NCBI RefSeq assembly: GCF_006345805.1
Contig: NC_043003.1
Coordinates: 83,824,001 to 83,888,000, forward strand
Length of the DNA stretch: 64,000 nt
DNA from: Octopus sinensis
Taxonomy: Eukaryota
Reading direction: 5' to 3'
Shown here one piece after another: positions 1 through 11,895 of this stretch. A program made the translations under genes and the position numbers. The notes under the pieces are model-generated. The model did no database searches and was not told where the DNA came from. It saw nothing but the letters and a program-made list of their open reading frames with translations. Within the stretch, counting starts at the first letter, position 1, and each line of letters starts with the position of its first letter.

Positions 1-51
1 TCAGTCAGCCAATACCTTTGACAGAAACAAAAGAACCCCACCTCTCTCTGC

Positions 52-90
<39 letters not shown>

Positions 91-234
91 TGCACAAGTT
101 TGAGTGAGTGACATCATATTTTTCCTCATCTCCACATGTGTTCACTGACTGTAAACAAAAGCCTTACTGCTTTTGCTACCAATTGTTTGCTACCAATCCA
201 CTGCAAAACTGCATGCCTGTGTTTCTTCACATAA

Positions 235-480
235 CTTGACATTATTTACATTGTTTACAATTGACGGATATTTGTCCTCATCTTGTTTGTTGTTAACACA
301 ACGTTTCGGCTGATATACCCTCCAGCTTTCATCAGGTGTTTTGGGGAAATTTCGAACCCGGGTTCTTGTTCCTAAGGTTATTATTATTTTTATTGTTATT
401 ATTCAGGTCACTGCCTGGAATCGAACTTGGAATATTGGGGTTAGTAGCCCACGTTCTCAACCACTATGCCATATGCCCGT
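235..480 (-). mobile_element. tRNA-headed SINE-like element with hammerhead-containing tail
   Basis: Minus-strand head ggcatatggcatagtggttgag (A box) ... gttcgattccagg (B box), then an AAT-rich linker, then the hammerhead motif. Confidence 0.65.
295..340 (-). ncRNA. Minimal type-I hammerhead-ribozyme-like motif (Penelope-type, palindromic stem III)
   Basis: Minus strand reads AACAC CUGAUGA A AGCUGG-AGGGUAUA-UCAGCC GAAA CG U U GUGUU. Stem I is AACAC/GUGUU, stem III is the palindrome ACGU, and there is an A-C mismatch at the base of stem II. Confidence 0.7.
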
Positions 481-651
481 GGGTGTATGGCATAGTGGTT
501 ACAGCTGGATTCCCTTCCCAACACCAGCTGCTTTACAGAGTATACTAGGTGCTTTTTACATAGAAAAGATACATGGCAATCCTAGATTTGATGAGAACCT
601 GCAAGGAAGGTAAGTGTGAGATGATGGGTTGCCAAAGCACACACTCAATGT

Positions 652-1018
652 CATCATCATCATTGTTCGACCGTGGTTGAGACAATGGAATTTACCATGC
701 TACGCCAGACTTCACGGCATTACGGAGGTCCTGTTGCTGGATGCCTGTATCCCTGGAGATTACATCAGGGTAGGAGAGTGTGCGCCCTCTGGTATTGCGA
801 GTGGATGGCTTCCAGAGGAGAAGAGTAGAAATTACTTCTTTTTCAGCTCTACAACAATGTCCAGCAAACTGGACTCTCCTACCTTTCACAAGAGATGACA
901 CAGGTGGTAGTTTCCCATATATTTGCATTTTGGTTGGATGGCGCTTCCACGAGAGATTTTGAGCTCTCATAAGGAGGCGAGTGTAGGTTCCATCCAACCG
1001 CCTCTCAAGCTTCTTTGT
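652..1018 (-). mobile_element. 5'-truncated non-LTR retrotransposon (RTE/RTE-X-like ORF2 C-terminus)
   Basis: LDGTYTRLLMRAQNLSWKRH...RRVQFAGHC..R...LLLWKP motif, (ATG)n tail and an 11-bp TSD acactcaatgt at 641-651 and 1019-1029. Confidence 0.9.
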
Positions 1019-1235
1019 ACACTCAATGTACAAGGTGAGTATAATGGAGAATACCTCAATAATTGCTTCTATCTGAGAGAGAGGGAGGGAAGGAGGGGGA
1101 GAGGGAAGGGGAAGGAGAGGGAGAGTAAGGGAGAGAGGGAGGGATGGGAGAAGGGAAGGGAAATAGGGAGAGGGAGAGAGAGAGAGACTGACTAATTAAA
1201 AATGAATAGTTGAGACAGGTTTGTAATATACTTAC

Positions 1236-1310
1236 TGATCTAACGTAATAACTTCATTTGATTCTGTGTAACTGCGAGCAAGGCGTAGGGCTAGGTCATT
1301 GGCTTCAGAA
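1236..1310 (-). CDS. ETNPPL: ETNPPL/PHYKPL-like coding exon, 75 bp
   Basis: Acceptor ctttctttcatttag, donor CA|gtaagt. Translates (G)SEANDLALRLARSYTESNEVITLD, completing the class-III aminotransferase NSGSEAND motif. The next exon was not found in 1-1235. Confidence 0.95.
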
Positions 1311-1507
1311 CTAAATGAAAGAAAGAAAAACAATAATAATTAATGTTATTGTAATAAAAACAATAACACCCACACCCATATTTATATATTTCACTTAGGT
1401 GCAGCAATGCTAATAACCTGCTATTAAAACTCTATGTAAATAAACTTCAGAAAAAGCATTACTGAAATAATAGAGCATAATATGAAATTATATATATATA
1501 TATATAT

Positions 1508-1714
1508 AATTGCAGCGTGGAAGGTGTTTATAAGCCATTTAAAAACACACAAAAACCCTTAGATTCACTTCAACATTTAAATCTAATTTGCCAAAATATT
1601 TTCGGCACTTTGAGACTGCGACCTGTTCACTGACAAAATTCTGTGCTGCAATTGTTTTTGTTTCAGCACACAATCTCAGATCAGGTCATTTGCTATGCAA
1701 GTACATCTCTGTAA
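1508..1714 (-). mobile_element. Hammerhead-bearing short repeat (same family as 51131-51323)
   Basis: Segment 1508-1653 is the reverse complement of 51131-51260. The tail 1654-1714 is co-directional with the tail of the 51 kb copy. Confidence 0.8.
1587..1637 (-). ncRNA. Hammerhead-like motif with swapped G3:C8 core pair
   Basis: UUUGUCA GUGAACA G GUCGC-AGUCUCAAA-GUGCC GAAA AUAU U U UGGCAAA. Stem I is 7 bp, stem III is the palindrome AAUAUU, and stem II has one mismatch. Confidence 0.55.
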
Positions 1715-1822
1715 TATATATATATAATATATACACACAAACGCACACATACATATATATATAGACATACATGTATACATACATACATATATATACATGC
1801 ATATATATATATACATATATCA

Positions 1823-2075
1823 TCATCATCATCATCATTTAACGTCCATTTTCCATGCTAGCATGGGTTTGATGGTTCAACCAATGTCTGGGAAGCCAGT
1901 AGGCTGCACCAGGCTCCAGTCTGATCTGGCAGTGTTTCTACAGCCGGATGCCCTTCCTAACGCCAACCACTCTGTGAGTGTAGTGGGTGCTTTTTACGTG
2001 CCACCGGCACGGAAGCCAGTCAAGGCAGGGCTGGTATCAGCCACGTTTGGATGGTACTTTTTACGTGCCACCGGC
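1823..2075 (-). mobile_element. RTE 3'UTR/tail fragment (abundant family)
   Basis: (CAT)n followed by ttaacgtccattttccatgctagcatgggtt... and tttacgtgccaccggcac units. Same sequence as the 3'UTR of the RTE at 29705-30650. Confidence 0.85.
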
Positions 2076-2088
2076 AATATATATATAC

Positions 2089-2131
<43 letters not shown>

Positions 2132-4256
2132 TATATACATACATACATACATATAGATATGTATATATACATACACACATACATATAGATATGTATATAT
2201 ACAAACACACACATATACATATACATATATATATATACATACACATACATATACACACATACATATATACATACATACAAATACAAGTATAACATCTAAT
2301 GAGGTTGGTGATTTTATGTGGCTATTCAAATTATATTTTTTAGCTCTTATTTCTAGCAAATGAAGGTGCTATTTTGCACCCTTATTTATGTATTTTACCA
2401 TTTTGGTTTTTGGTTGCTTTAGCCACCTATGTTGTAATGTATTTAATATATCATAATATTAATTTATCGTTATAATATCTTATTGTGTGTTTAAATATAC
2501 TCAAACCACTTTGAATTTTGGCACTCACTGTTCAACGGTTATTTTCCCTCATGAGCTAATGGGAAGTAAGCTATCTCTTTAACCTGGAGTAATTTGTGGA
2601 TTCCCCTGGAGAGAAATGAAACCTTATTAGTTAAATTTCAAAATCATTTGATAGGGTCTTATCAAATTACTTCATTCAGCAAGTTTTATCATGCTGGAGA
2701 AAGATGTTGCAGCTTGCCGCTTGCAGTCCCTTTGAACATCTCATGAGGTTGGTCATTTTGTGTGACTATTTGAGTTATATTTTTTAGCTCTTATTTCTAG
2801 CAATTTTGGACCCTTATTTATGTATTCTACCTTTTTGCTTTAGCCACCTATATTATAAGTTATTTAATATATCATAATATTAACTTAGCATTATATCTTA
2901 TTGTATATATATATACACATATATATATATGTGTGTGTGTGAAGTTTTGGTTAGTTAAGATACGTTTGTGACATATTTCAACTGCTAAAAGGCAAATCCA
3001 CTGCAGTTATTGTAGAGAAAATATTTTTCTTATAGTAAAAAGGCATGAAAGCACCCTATCTGTTCAGTGTCACCATCTATCAGGACTCCCAGACATCAAT
3101 GCTTTGAGCTAGTTGGCTTTTATCAATGGGCAGCACCTAAGAGAGGCAACTCTGAACATACCTTACAAAGCAATAACTTTATGTAAAACACAGTCAACAA
3201 CATTGACTGATAGATCGCCCGATTGTGGAAATTGCCAAAAAGTTAGCACCAAATAGTGTTTAGGCATATAAATAAACACACAGTTGTACAATAAACTTAA
3301 TTACCTCCTCATTGCATTAGTATGTAAGTAACTGAAGATTCTATAAACACATATACCTTTAATGTAATTCCCAAATTATACTTACAGTTCAAAAGCCATA
3401 CCTTAGAACTATAGGTATAACCCTCCAATACGCTTCCATACAGTTTCCTTCTACTCAGTCTCATTCTCAATCTATGGTCTGACCCAAGGCAGTAGAAAAT
3501 AATATATGCCCAAAACACCTTGCAGCAAAATGAAACCCAGGATCCTGTTGTTGCAAAGCAAATGTCTTAACTATTTGGCCTGTATATCATTATTACTATT
3601 ATCATTCTCCATCCACACAGTCTATCAACAATTTCTGTCTACCAAATTCCATTCACATGCAGGTATGACTGAGTGGTAAAAGATTTGCTCCCCAATCACA
3701 TGATTTCAAGTTCAGTCCCACTTTTACCATAGACCTGAGAGTAGATTTGGCAAACAGAAATTGAAAGAAGCCCATCATGCATGCATGCATGTATGTATGT
3801 ATGTATGTATGTATGTATGTATGTGCATTCATGTGTGTGTGTCTTTGCCTTGATATCTAGTGATAGTTGTAAGTGAGTGTCACTGATATGCAAGTGGTGC
3901 CCTTCATTTCCATCTTCCATAGAAACATGTCTGGTCATGGGGAAATACTATCTTACTCGGAAATAGGTGAGGGTTGATGACAGAAAGAGCATCTAGCCGT
4001 AGAAAATCTGCCCCAACAAATTCCGTCTGACCCATGCAAGTATGGAAAAGCAGATGTTAAACAATGATGATGATGATGACGATGAAGATCTTGACCAACA
4101 CAATTCTAAGGCCAAAGCTACATGTTTAAGATGCCATACAGTGGTACTGGACTCGGCATTGTGAGACGGCAGAGTGAACTTCTTAATCACAAAGCCACAC
4201 ATGCACCAATTTAATTCAAATAATATCCAGTGTGCATTTTTGAAACACCAAACTTA

Positions 4257-4457
<201 letters not shown>

Positions 4458-4859
4458 TTAGATAAATCTATACACACACACAACCATAGTTATACACATA
4501 TAATATACATTTGGCCAAGAGGTGAGGATCCTAAAAAAATTCACATGACTCAGGGGCCTTCTTAAATTCCAAAAGAGAGATGTTTTGTTGGTGCACTCAT
4601 AAGAGAAAATTTGCATTTGAAACATGGAATTCCTCACTTGCTGACTAGTGAACGGGAATCATACATACTTTTTCAGACACAACTAGAACAGGTCAAATGG
4701 AGATAATTCCATCTCACCCAGAAGGAGTTTTCACAATCCTGACTGACCAAGACTGTATTCATACTTTCATTAGAAAAGAGGTTATGATCCTCCAGCCAAC
4801 TGGTCTGATGTGCTACCTATATTGCTAAGAGCATAACTGATGTGAAACCAATGGTAACG

Positions 4860-5290
4860 TTCATGACTGGCCAAAACCAACAACTACATTATACATAAAT
4901 ATGTGACACACACATACACACAGGGTCACAGGAAGATAAACAAAGAAAGTAGTGTTTGTATGTAGAAAGTGCACAGAAGCCATAAAGACTAAAGATGGAA
5001 AATGAATTTTCTCAAATGCCCAGGAGGCTGTATAGTAGATCATTTCTGTTACCAAGGTGACATAATGAACAGTGGAGGAGGATGTTCTGAAAATGTAGTT
5101 GCTAGAATAAGAAGATGGAGAAAATTCAGAGAGCTATTATTTCTGCTGGCAACAAAAAGTTTCTCTCTCCAAGTGAAAGGAAAATTGTATGATGCTTGTG
5201 CACAAAAAAGCAATGCTACATGGTAGTAAGACATGGAGCCTGAATGTAGCGGACAAGCGAAGATTTCATGATGCAGAACTTTATGAATTA
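4860..5290 (+). mobile_element. Decayed RTE LINE reverse-transcriptase fragment
   Basis: FCYQGDIMNSGGGCSENVVARIR.W.KFRELL..L...KGKLYDAC and AMLHGSKTW motifs, frameshifted. Confidence 0.85.
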
Positions 5291-6279
5291 CAAAGGACCA
5301 AGATGATTAGCAATTTGCTATGCCCAATAAGACCTGTCCATCAGAGCAGAAATGATATCCTAAAACCACCTTGGTTATGCTAGTGTATGCAGGACCCGGC
5401 CCCTCTCCTCTTTCTCTGCCCTATTGAGTATTTCTCTTTCCAAATCTCATCTCCTAAAAGCCATCACTTCTCTATCTATGGTACTGCTCAGCTGCTGTAA
5501 TTACCTGTAAGCAGAATAGGCACATTACATCTCTTCCCTATAAATTACTTCCCTCCCACCCCTGAACCATTTTCATCTTTCATTAATATCTGTACTCACA
5601 CTATTTCCTCTAACTCCTGTGCCTTTCGCCATTGCTTTCTCTCCTTTGCTATACACCATTTTTATCACTTCTCATATCTGCTATCACTCTCAATGTCTCT
5701 CATATCTACCCTCATGCTCCACTTACCATAGCCCCCACCACCACCAAGTTACTCCTATACCTCTCGCTATATCTCACTACATTCATCTCTAACCATCTAT
5801 TCTCATATTATTATTATGAAATTTCCCCCGCCTCCACCCTATCGCAATCCACTGTCAATTACACCCACCTCATATCATGAGATGCTCCCACATCCCACAA
5901 CCACTTCTGTCTTCTTTCCAGCTACTCCCACCCAGCCTTATAAAATGCAGGGTAGCCTTGTATATCTATTGCAAGATATCCAGGCTCCCTCTTCCATCAC
6001 ACTCTTTTTCTGCTCTGTTCTTTTCCTGCCTTACAAATTTCTTGGCAACCTCACTAAAGCCAATAATACTAGTACACTTTGTAAAAAAAATGAAAAAAAG
6101 CACCCAATACACTCTGTAAACTGATTGGCATTAGGACAGCATCCAGCCATAGAAACCATGCCAAAGCTGACACTGGAGCTCAATGCCACTCTACGATTCA
6201 ATGGATCCTGTCAAACTATCCAGCCCATAGTAGCTTGGAAAATGGACATTAAATGCTGATGATAATGATAACACATACA

Positions 6280-6660
6280 GGTGCAGGCATGGCTGTGTGG
6301 TAAGAAGCTTGCTTCCCGACCATATGGTTCAGGGTTCAGTCCAAGGGTGTGGCACCTTGGGAAAGTATATTCCACTTATAGCCTCTAGGACTGTCCAAAG
6401 ACTTGTGAGTGGATTTGGTAGACAGAGAATGAAAAATGCCTATTGTGTGTATATATGTGCTTGTGTGTGTGTCTGCTTGACAACCAGTACTGGTGTGTTC
6501 ATGTCCCTCTAACTTAGCAGTTCAGCAAAAGAAACTGATAGAATAAGTAATAAGCTTTAAAGAAATAAGTACTGGGGTTGATGCATTCAAATAAAAACTT
6601 CAAGGTGGTTCTCCAGTATGGCCGCAGTCTAATGACTGAAACGAGTAAAAGATAAAAGGT
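6280..6660 (+). mobile_element. tRNA-derived SINE, major family
   Basis: Head ggctgtgtggtaag...ggttcagtcc, central microsatellite and tail ccagtatggccgcagtc..tgactgaaac. Matches the copies at 18.8, 24.8 and 49.8 kb. Confidence 0.85.
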
Positions 6661-6977
6661 ACATGCACACATATAACACAAATGGCAGTATATTAAATAT
6701 CATTTATAATAAATTCTTGAGTTATTGAAATTATCTTCACTTCCAGAGAAGGTAAGACAAATGCTTGGTGGCAATTCTGACAAACACCAAATGATAAAAA
6801 GCAAGATAATCTCAAGAATCAAAAATTTGTCAGAACTGAGATGCCATTAAGAAAAAAACTATCTGCAAACATGTGTTTCTGCCTCGTTAACCCTATAGCA
6901 TTCATTAATGCTCATTTATTCACACTGTTTTGAATGAATCATACATTGTTTCATAGCATCAAGATTTCAATGATATC

Positions 6978-7300
6978 ATTATCATCATCATCATCGTTTA
7001 ACGTCCGTTTTTCATGCTAGCATGGGTTGGATGGTTCTACCGAGGTCTGGGAAGCCAGGAGGCTGCATCAGGCTCTAGCCTGATCTGGCAGTGTTTCTAC
7101 AGCTGGATGCTCTTCCTAATACCAACCACTCCGTGAGTGTAGTGGGTGCTTTTTACATGCCACCGGCACAGGTGTCAGGGGAGGCTGGCAATGGCCACAA
7201 TCGGTTGGTGCTTTTTACATGCCACCGGCACGGAAGCCAGTCAAGGTGGCTCTGGCATCGGCCACATTCGGATGGTGCTTTTTACATGCCACTGGCATAG
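6978..7300 (-). mobile_element. RTE 3'UTR/tail fragment
   Basis: (CAT)n tail and three ttttacatgccaccggcac-type units. Confidence 0.85.
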
Positions 7301-8999
7301 GTATCAAACTACAATTTCCATTTGATTTTTTTATTTTGATGTTGATGTACTTGACTTAATAGGTCTCCTCAAGCACAGCAGGTTGCCCTACAATCCAAGG
7401 TAAGCACAGCAGGCCGTCCTGTGATCCAAGGTACTTTGGATGGGTTGGGGCTGCTATGTGAAGCTGGTGACAGGAAACAGCCATGAACTCAGTTATTTGT
7501 CGGGTCTTGTGCACAGAAAAGCAATGCTACATGGTAGTAAGACATGGGACATGAATGTAGCAGACAAGCGAAGATTTCATGATGCAGAACTTTATGAATT
7601 ACAAAGGACCAAGATGACTGGCAATTTGCTATGCCCAATAAGACTTGTCCATCAGAGCAGAAATGATATCCTAAAACCACCTTGGTTATGCTAGTGCATG
7701 CAGGACCCTGCCCCTCTCCTCTTTCTCTGCCCATATCTCATCCCCGAAAAGCCATCACTTCTCTATCTATGCTACTGCTCAGCTGCTGTAATTACCTGTA
7801 AGCAGAATAGGGACATTACATCTCTTCTCTATAAATTACCTCCCTACCACCCCTGAACCATTTCATCTTTCATTAACATCCCTACTCACACTATTTCCTC
7901 TCTAACTCCCGTGCCTTTGGCCATTGCTTTCTCTCCTCTGTTATACACCATTTTGTATAACAGAAGCTGTTATTCTTCTTCGCAGTCACAGCATATTGTT
8001 TATTTTTAGAATAACATTGTACAGTAGGTATGAGAGGCTTGATCTTGTCAGTTTGAACATAAAACTGGTAGAATATTTAGGTCTGATATGGCTGGTTTAA
8101 ATGCAAAAGGCTAAGTATCGCTGGTGCATAATTTTGAAATTTTGAACAACAAAGACATAAATTTCATTTTTGTATTTGGTTTGCAAGATGCTTTATGTGA
8201 ATCTATGTGTTGAAACAAATCTTATTGTGTCTTGGGAGGGTCATAATGCCAATGATAATAAACACATACACAGGTTCAATTCCACTCCTTTATAGCTAGT
8301 CAATTGGTTAAATATCTACCCAACTAACTAATCTATTGTTTGTTTAACTTGCTGGTTAATCCTCTACCATTCAGATTACTCTTATTTATTCACATTGATT
8401 TGAATTTATCATACACCATCTTGTAGCTTTGAAATTTCAATGAGGTGATTGTTTATTTTTATAATGTCATTATAGTGTGGGTATGAGAAGTTGGATGTGG
8501 TCTGTACGAACATAAAACAGGCAGAATATTCAGGCCTGATATGGTCAGTTTGAATACTAAATGGTTAAACATTTTGTTATTTGGTGGCGGGGTGTTAACG
8601 TTCTTTCATTGTCATTTACAACCTTTTCAAATATTAAGAAATTAGTTTCACTTTTAGACAAGATAAAGTGAACACCTAGAAGCAACTTTTAATCATTGCA
8701 AGATGTTTGCAATTATCACTGTTAGCTTTCGCAGATTTGGAGTTTTCTTTCCTGACATCACAAAAGTTCTTTGTTTAGTTTGTACTGATGATGCTTACTA
8801 TGAACTAATTCAACATAAAATAATTACTCTAGAAACCTGAAATTATTAAGACTGATGATATCACTAACTGAATGCAAAATATTGCTTTGATATAATGCTT
8901 AATACAACTGTCATATTCACAGATGTGGGTCCAATTCCCAGAAACAGCCTTCAACTTGCTTTCACTCAAGGGGTCATTAACCCAATATTCTACAAGCTG

Positions 9000-9430
9000 T
9001 TATTTATAGCTTTATCTAAGGTGGTGAGCTGTGGGGTAAATAGCCCTGTTCAATATGTAGAAAAGACACAGGCAAGGATTCCATATGGTATACCCAATGC
9101 AAGCTATAGACACATAAGAAGTGCAGTGGAATCACAGAAAAGTTATAACACAGATAGTAGTCTTTGCATGTGGAAGAAGCACAGGAGCAATGAATTAAGA
9201 ATACACAGCAAATAGATTCTCTCAAATGCTCAGGAAGCTCCTAGGGGTAGGAGTTTCTGTTAAAAAGCTGACCTAATTAGTAGGGGAAGCAGATGTTTTG
9301 AAAGTGTAGTTGCTAGAATATGAAGAGAACTATTACTTCTGTTGGTAACAAAAGGCCATTCTGTCAGAGTGAAAGTTAAATTATATGATGCCTGTGCATA
9401 AACAGCAATGCCATATGGTATTGAGAAAAC
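9000..9430 (+). mobile_element. Decayed RTE RT fragment
   Basis: Similar to 4900-5230 (gaaagtgtagttgctagaata, aaattatatgatgcctgtgc). Confidence 0.7.
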
Positions 9431-10092
9431 GGCCAGGTTGGCAAAAGAGACCAAAAGAATAAATACCAGGCTTTACGAAGAAAAAAATAAGTACTGGGGT
9501 TGGTTCGTTGGGTTAAAATTCATGGCAGTGCCCCAGCATGGCCACCAATGACTGAAACATGTAAAAGGTAAAAGATATATCCATAACAGTTTTTTATTAA
9601 AAAAATTGTGCTGGGAGATGAACTATGCATCGTTGCATGCCAGATTCAAATCCATCTGGTGGGCTGTATATTTGACGTCATTGCTAAACGACATCATCCG
9701 ACCAGCTAGAAATAGCAGCTGAATCTGCCTCAATCACACCCTAACTGTCTTAAATTAAGAAAGGACAAATCATGTTATCATCATCATTATCCTTCAAAGT
9801 CCGCTTTCCATGCTGGCATGGGTTGGATGGCTTGACCAGAGCTGATAAGCTGGAGAGCTTCACCAGACTCCAGTCTGATAGTTATGTAGTTTATAATATC
9901 TATAAAAAAAAACCCACAGGATAATTTCAGCTAAAACACTTTGAGATGATAGGTTTGCTCAATCAGGACTTGGCTGAGACTAAACACAAACAACATGTAT
10001 TAAATCTTTAGTATTTAAATCAGTCATATTTGTCTATTTAATGTTCAAACTGACCCAGTTTCAGTCTCCTACACCCACCTTATGATAACCTT

Positions 10093-10300
10093 TTCTACTC
10101 TAGGCACAAGGCCCGAAATTTTGGGGGAGGGGGCCAGTCAATTAGATCAACTCCAATATGCAACTGGTACTTAATTTATTGACCCCGAAAGGATGAAAAG
10201 CAAAGTCTACCTCAGCAGAATTTGAACTCAGAACGTAAAGACAGACGAAATACTGCTAAGCATTTCGCCTGGTGTGCTAACGTTTCTGGCGGCTCGTCAC
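10093..10300 (-). mobile_element. tRNA-derived SINE, second family (also 20110-20280, 41405-41560, 60130-60365)
   Basis: Shared core ttattgaccccgaaaggatgaaa(a/g)gcaaa and gaatttgaactcag (B box on the minus strand). Confidence 0.8.
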
Positions 10301-10744
10301 TTCCCCACCTTATAATATCATTCTAAAAACAAACTGTCAAATCATTGAAATTGCAAAACTGTGTGGTGACATGTAAAAAGCGCCCAGTCAAACCATCTGA
10401 CCCATGCCGGCATGGAAACGGAACATTAAATGATGATGATGATGATGATGATGATGATTATGATTAATGCATGATTAATTCAAAACAATGTGAATAATTA
10501 AGCATTACATTTGGCAGAGTAATCATAAACCATTTTATGGGACAATTCAGATTTGTAAATAAAAGAAAGGAAAAAAAGAATTTCACAAAAAAAATTAAGT
10601 TAAAAATAAGATAAAGGCAAGCGTGGCTGTGTGGTAAGGAGTTTGCTTTCTGACCACCACATGGTTCCAGGTTCAGCTTCACTGTGTGCCACCTCAGACA
10701 ACTGTTTCAACTATAGCCCTGAACCAACCAAAGCCTTCTGAGTA

Positions 10745-11058
10745 TATTTTTGTTGTTTGTTCCTTCTCGAGCCACGCCTGGCTCATGGGGCTGGTTTCCT
10801 GGTTTCTTTGGCGTATAGGTTCCCCACCTGGACGGGACACCGGTCCGTCGCAGGTGAGCTGCAAGATGCAGGAGGAAAAAGTGAGAGAAAGATGTGGCGA
10901 AAGAGTCAGCAGAAGTTTCGCCATTACCTTCTGCCAGAGCCGCGTGGAGCTTAGATGTTTCGCTCATAAACACACACATTGCCCAGTCTGAGATTCGAAC
11001 ATGCGATCCCTCGACTGCTAGTCCGCTGCTTTAACCACAAGGCCATGTGGCTCCACAC
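10745..11058 (-). mobile_element. tRNA-derived SINE (third family) nested inside a major-family SINE
   Basis: tRNA-like head at 10990-11058. It splits the host SINE (head 10617-10744, remainder 11059-11400), with gagta duplicated at 10740-10744 and 11059-11063. Confidence 0.75.
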
Positions 11059-11433
11059 GAGTAAATTTGGTAGGCAGAAGCTGAAAGCAGACCTCTCTCT
11101 CTCTCTCTCCCTCTCTCCTTCTGTACACACATGTGCATGAGTGTGTGTATGTATGTGTGTCTGTGCATGTGTCTTGGTGTTTATGTTTGCCCCCCATCAC
11201 CACCTAACAACTGGTGTTGGCTTGTTTACATTCCCCATAACTTAGCAGTTCAGCAAAAGACTCCAACAGAATAAGCACCAAGCTTAAAAAAGTAAATAAG
11301 TACTGGGGTCAATCTGTTCGACTGGAACTCTTCAAGAAGGTGCTCCAGCATGATCACAGTGTCCAGCGACTGAAGCACGTGAAAAATAAACAATAAAAGA
11401 CAAAAATTCAAGAAAAATTAACAAGTTTCTTAC

Positions 11434-11552
11434 CATGAGCAACATTATTGATGCAGTCTAAAAATTTGTTTCCCTCTTCATCGTACATAAACTCCTTGGA
11501 AGCCTTCACAATCTTCAATGGCTCTTTATCAAAAAACAATGTGCATGAATTG
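11434..11552 (-). CDS. ETNPPL: Class-III PLP phospho-lyase (ETNPPL/PHYKPL-like), internal coding exon, 119 bp
   Basis: Acceptor ttttcctttcag, donor G|gtaaga. Translates NSCTLFFDKEPLKIVKASKEFMYDEEGNKFLDCINNVAH(V), the YLDCINNVAHVGH region of AGXT2L proteins. Phase 1 joins the 4417 exon. ETNPPL versus PHYKPL cannot be resolved from these exons. Confidence 0.93.
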
Positions 11553-11826
11553 CTGAAAGGAAAAGTAAAAGCAAAGATTAAGATCAAAGTTAATTCTTCT
11601 ATTGAGTTTAATTTAATGACAAATGCAGAGGTGTGACCATGTGGTTACGATGATTGCTTCCCAACCATGTGATCTTGGGTTCAATCCCACAGTATCATGC
11701 CTTGGGCAAGTGTGTTTTATTATGGGCCTGGACAACCAAAGCCTAGTGGGTGGAATTAGAAGACAGACGGTGCTCCAGCATGACCACAGTCACATGACTG
11801 AAACAAGTAAAAGAGTAAAAAAAAGA

Positions 11827-11895
<69 letters not shown>

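Noticed and set aside
100-150. gtca-GTGAACA...GAAA motif on the minus strand resembling the G3:C8 family
   Set aside because: Stem II is only 3 bp and offset from GAAA, stem III is not palindromic, and stem I is mismatched.
341-613. Plus-strand ORF ending at a strong-looking donor GAAG|gtaagt
   Set aside because: The sequence overlaps a SINE head and a degenerate RTE 3'UTR, and the peptide has no recognisable similarity.
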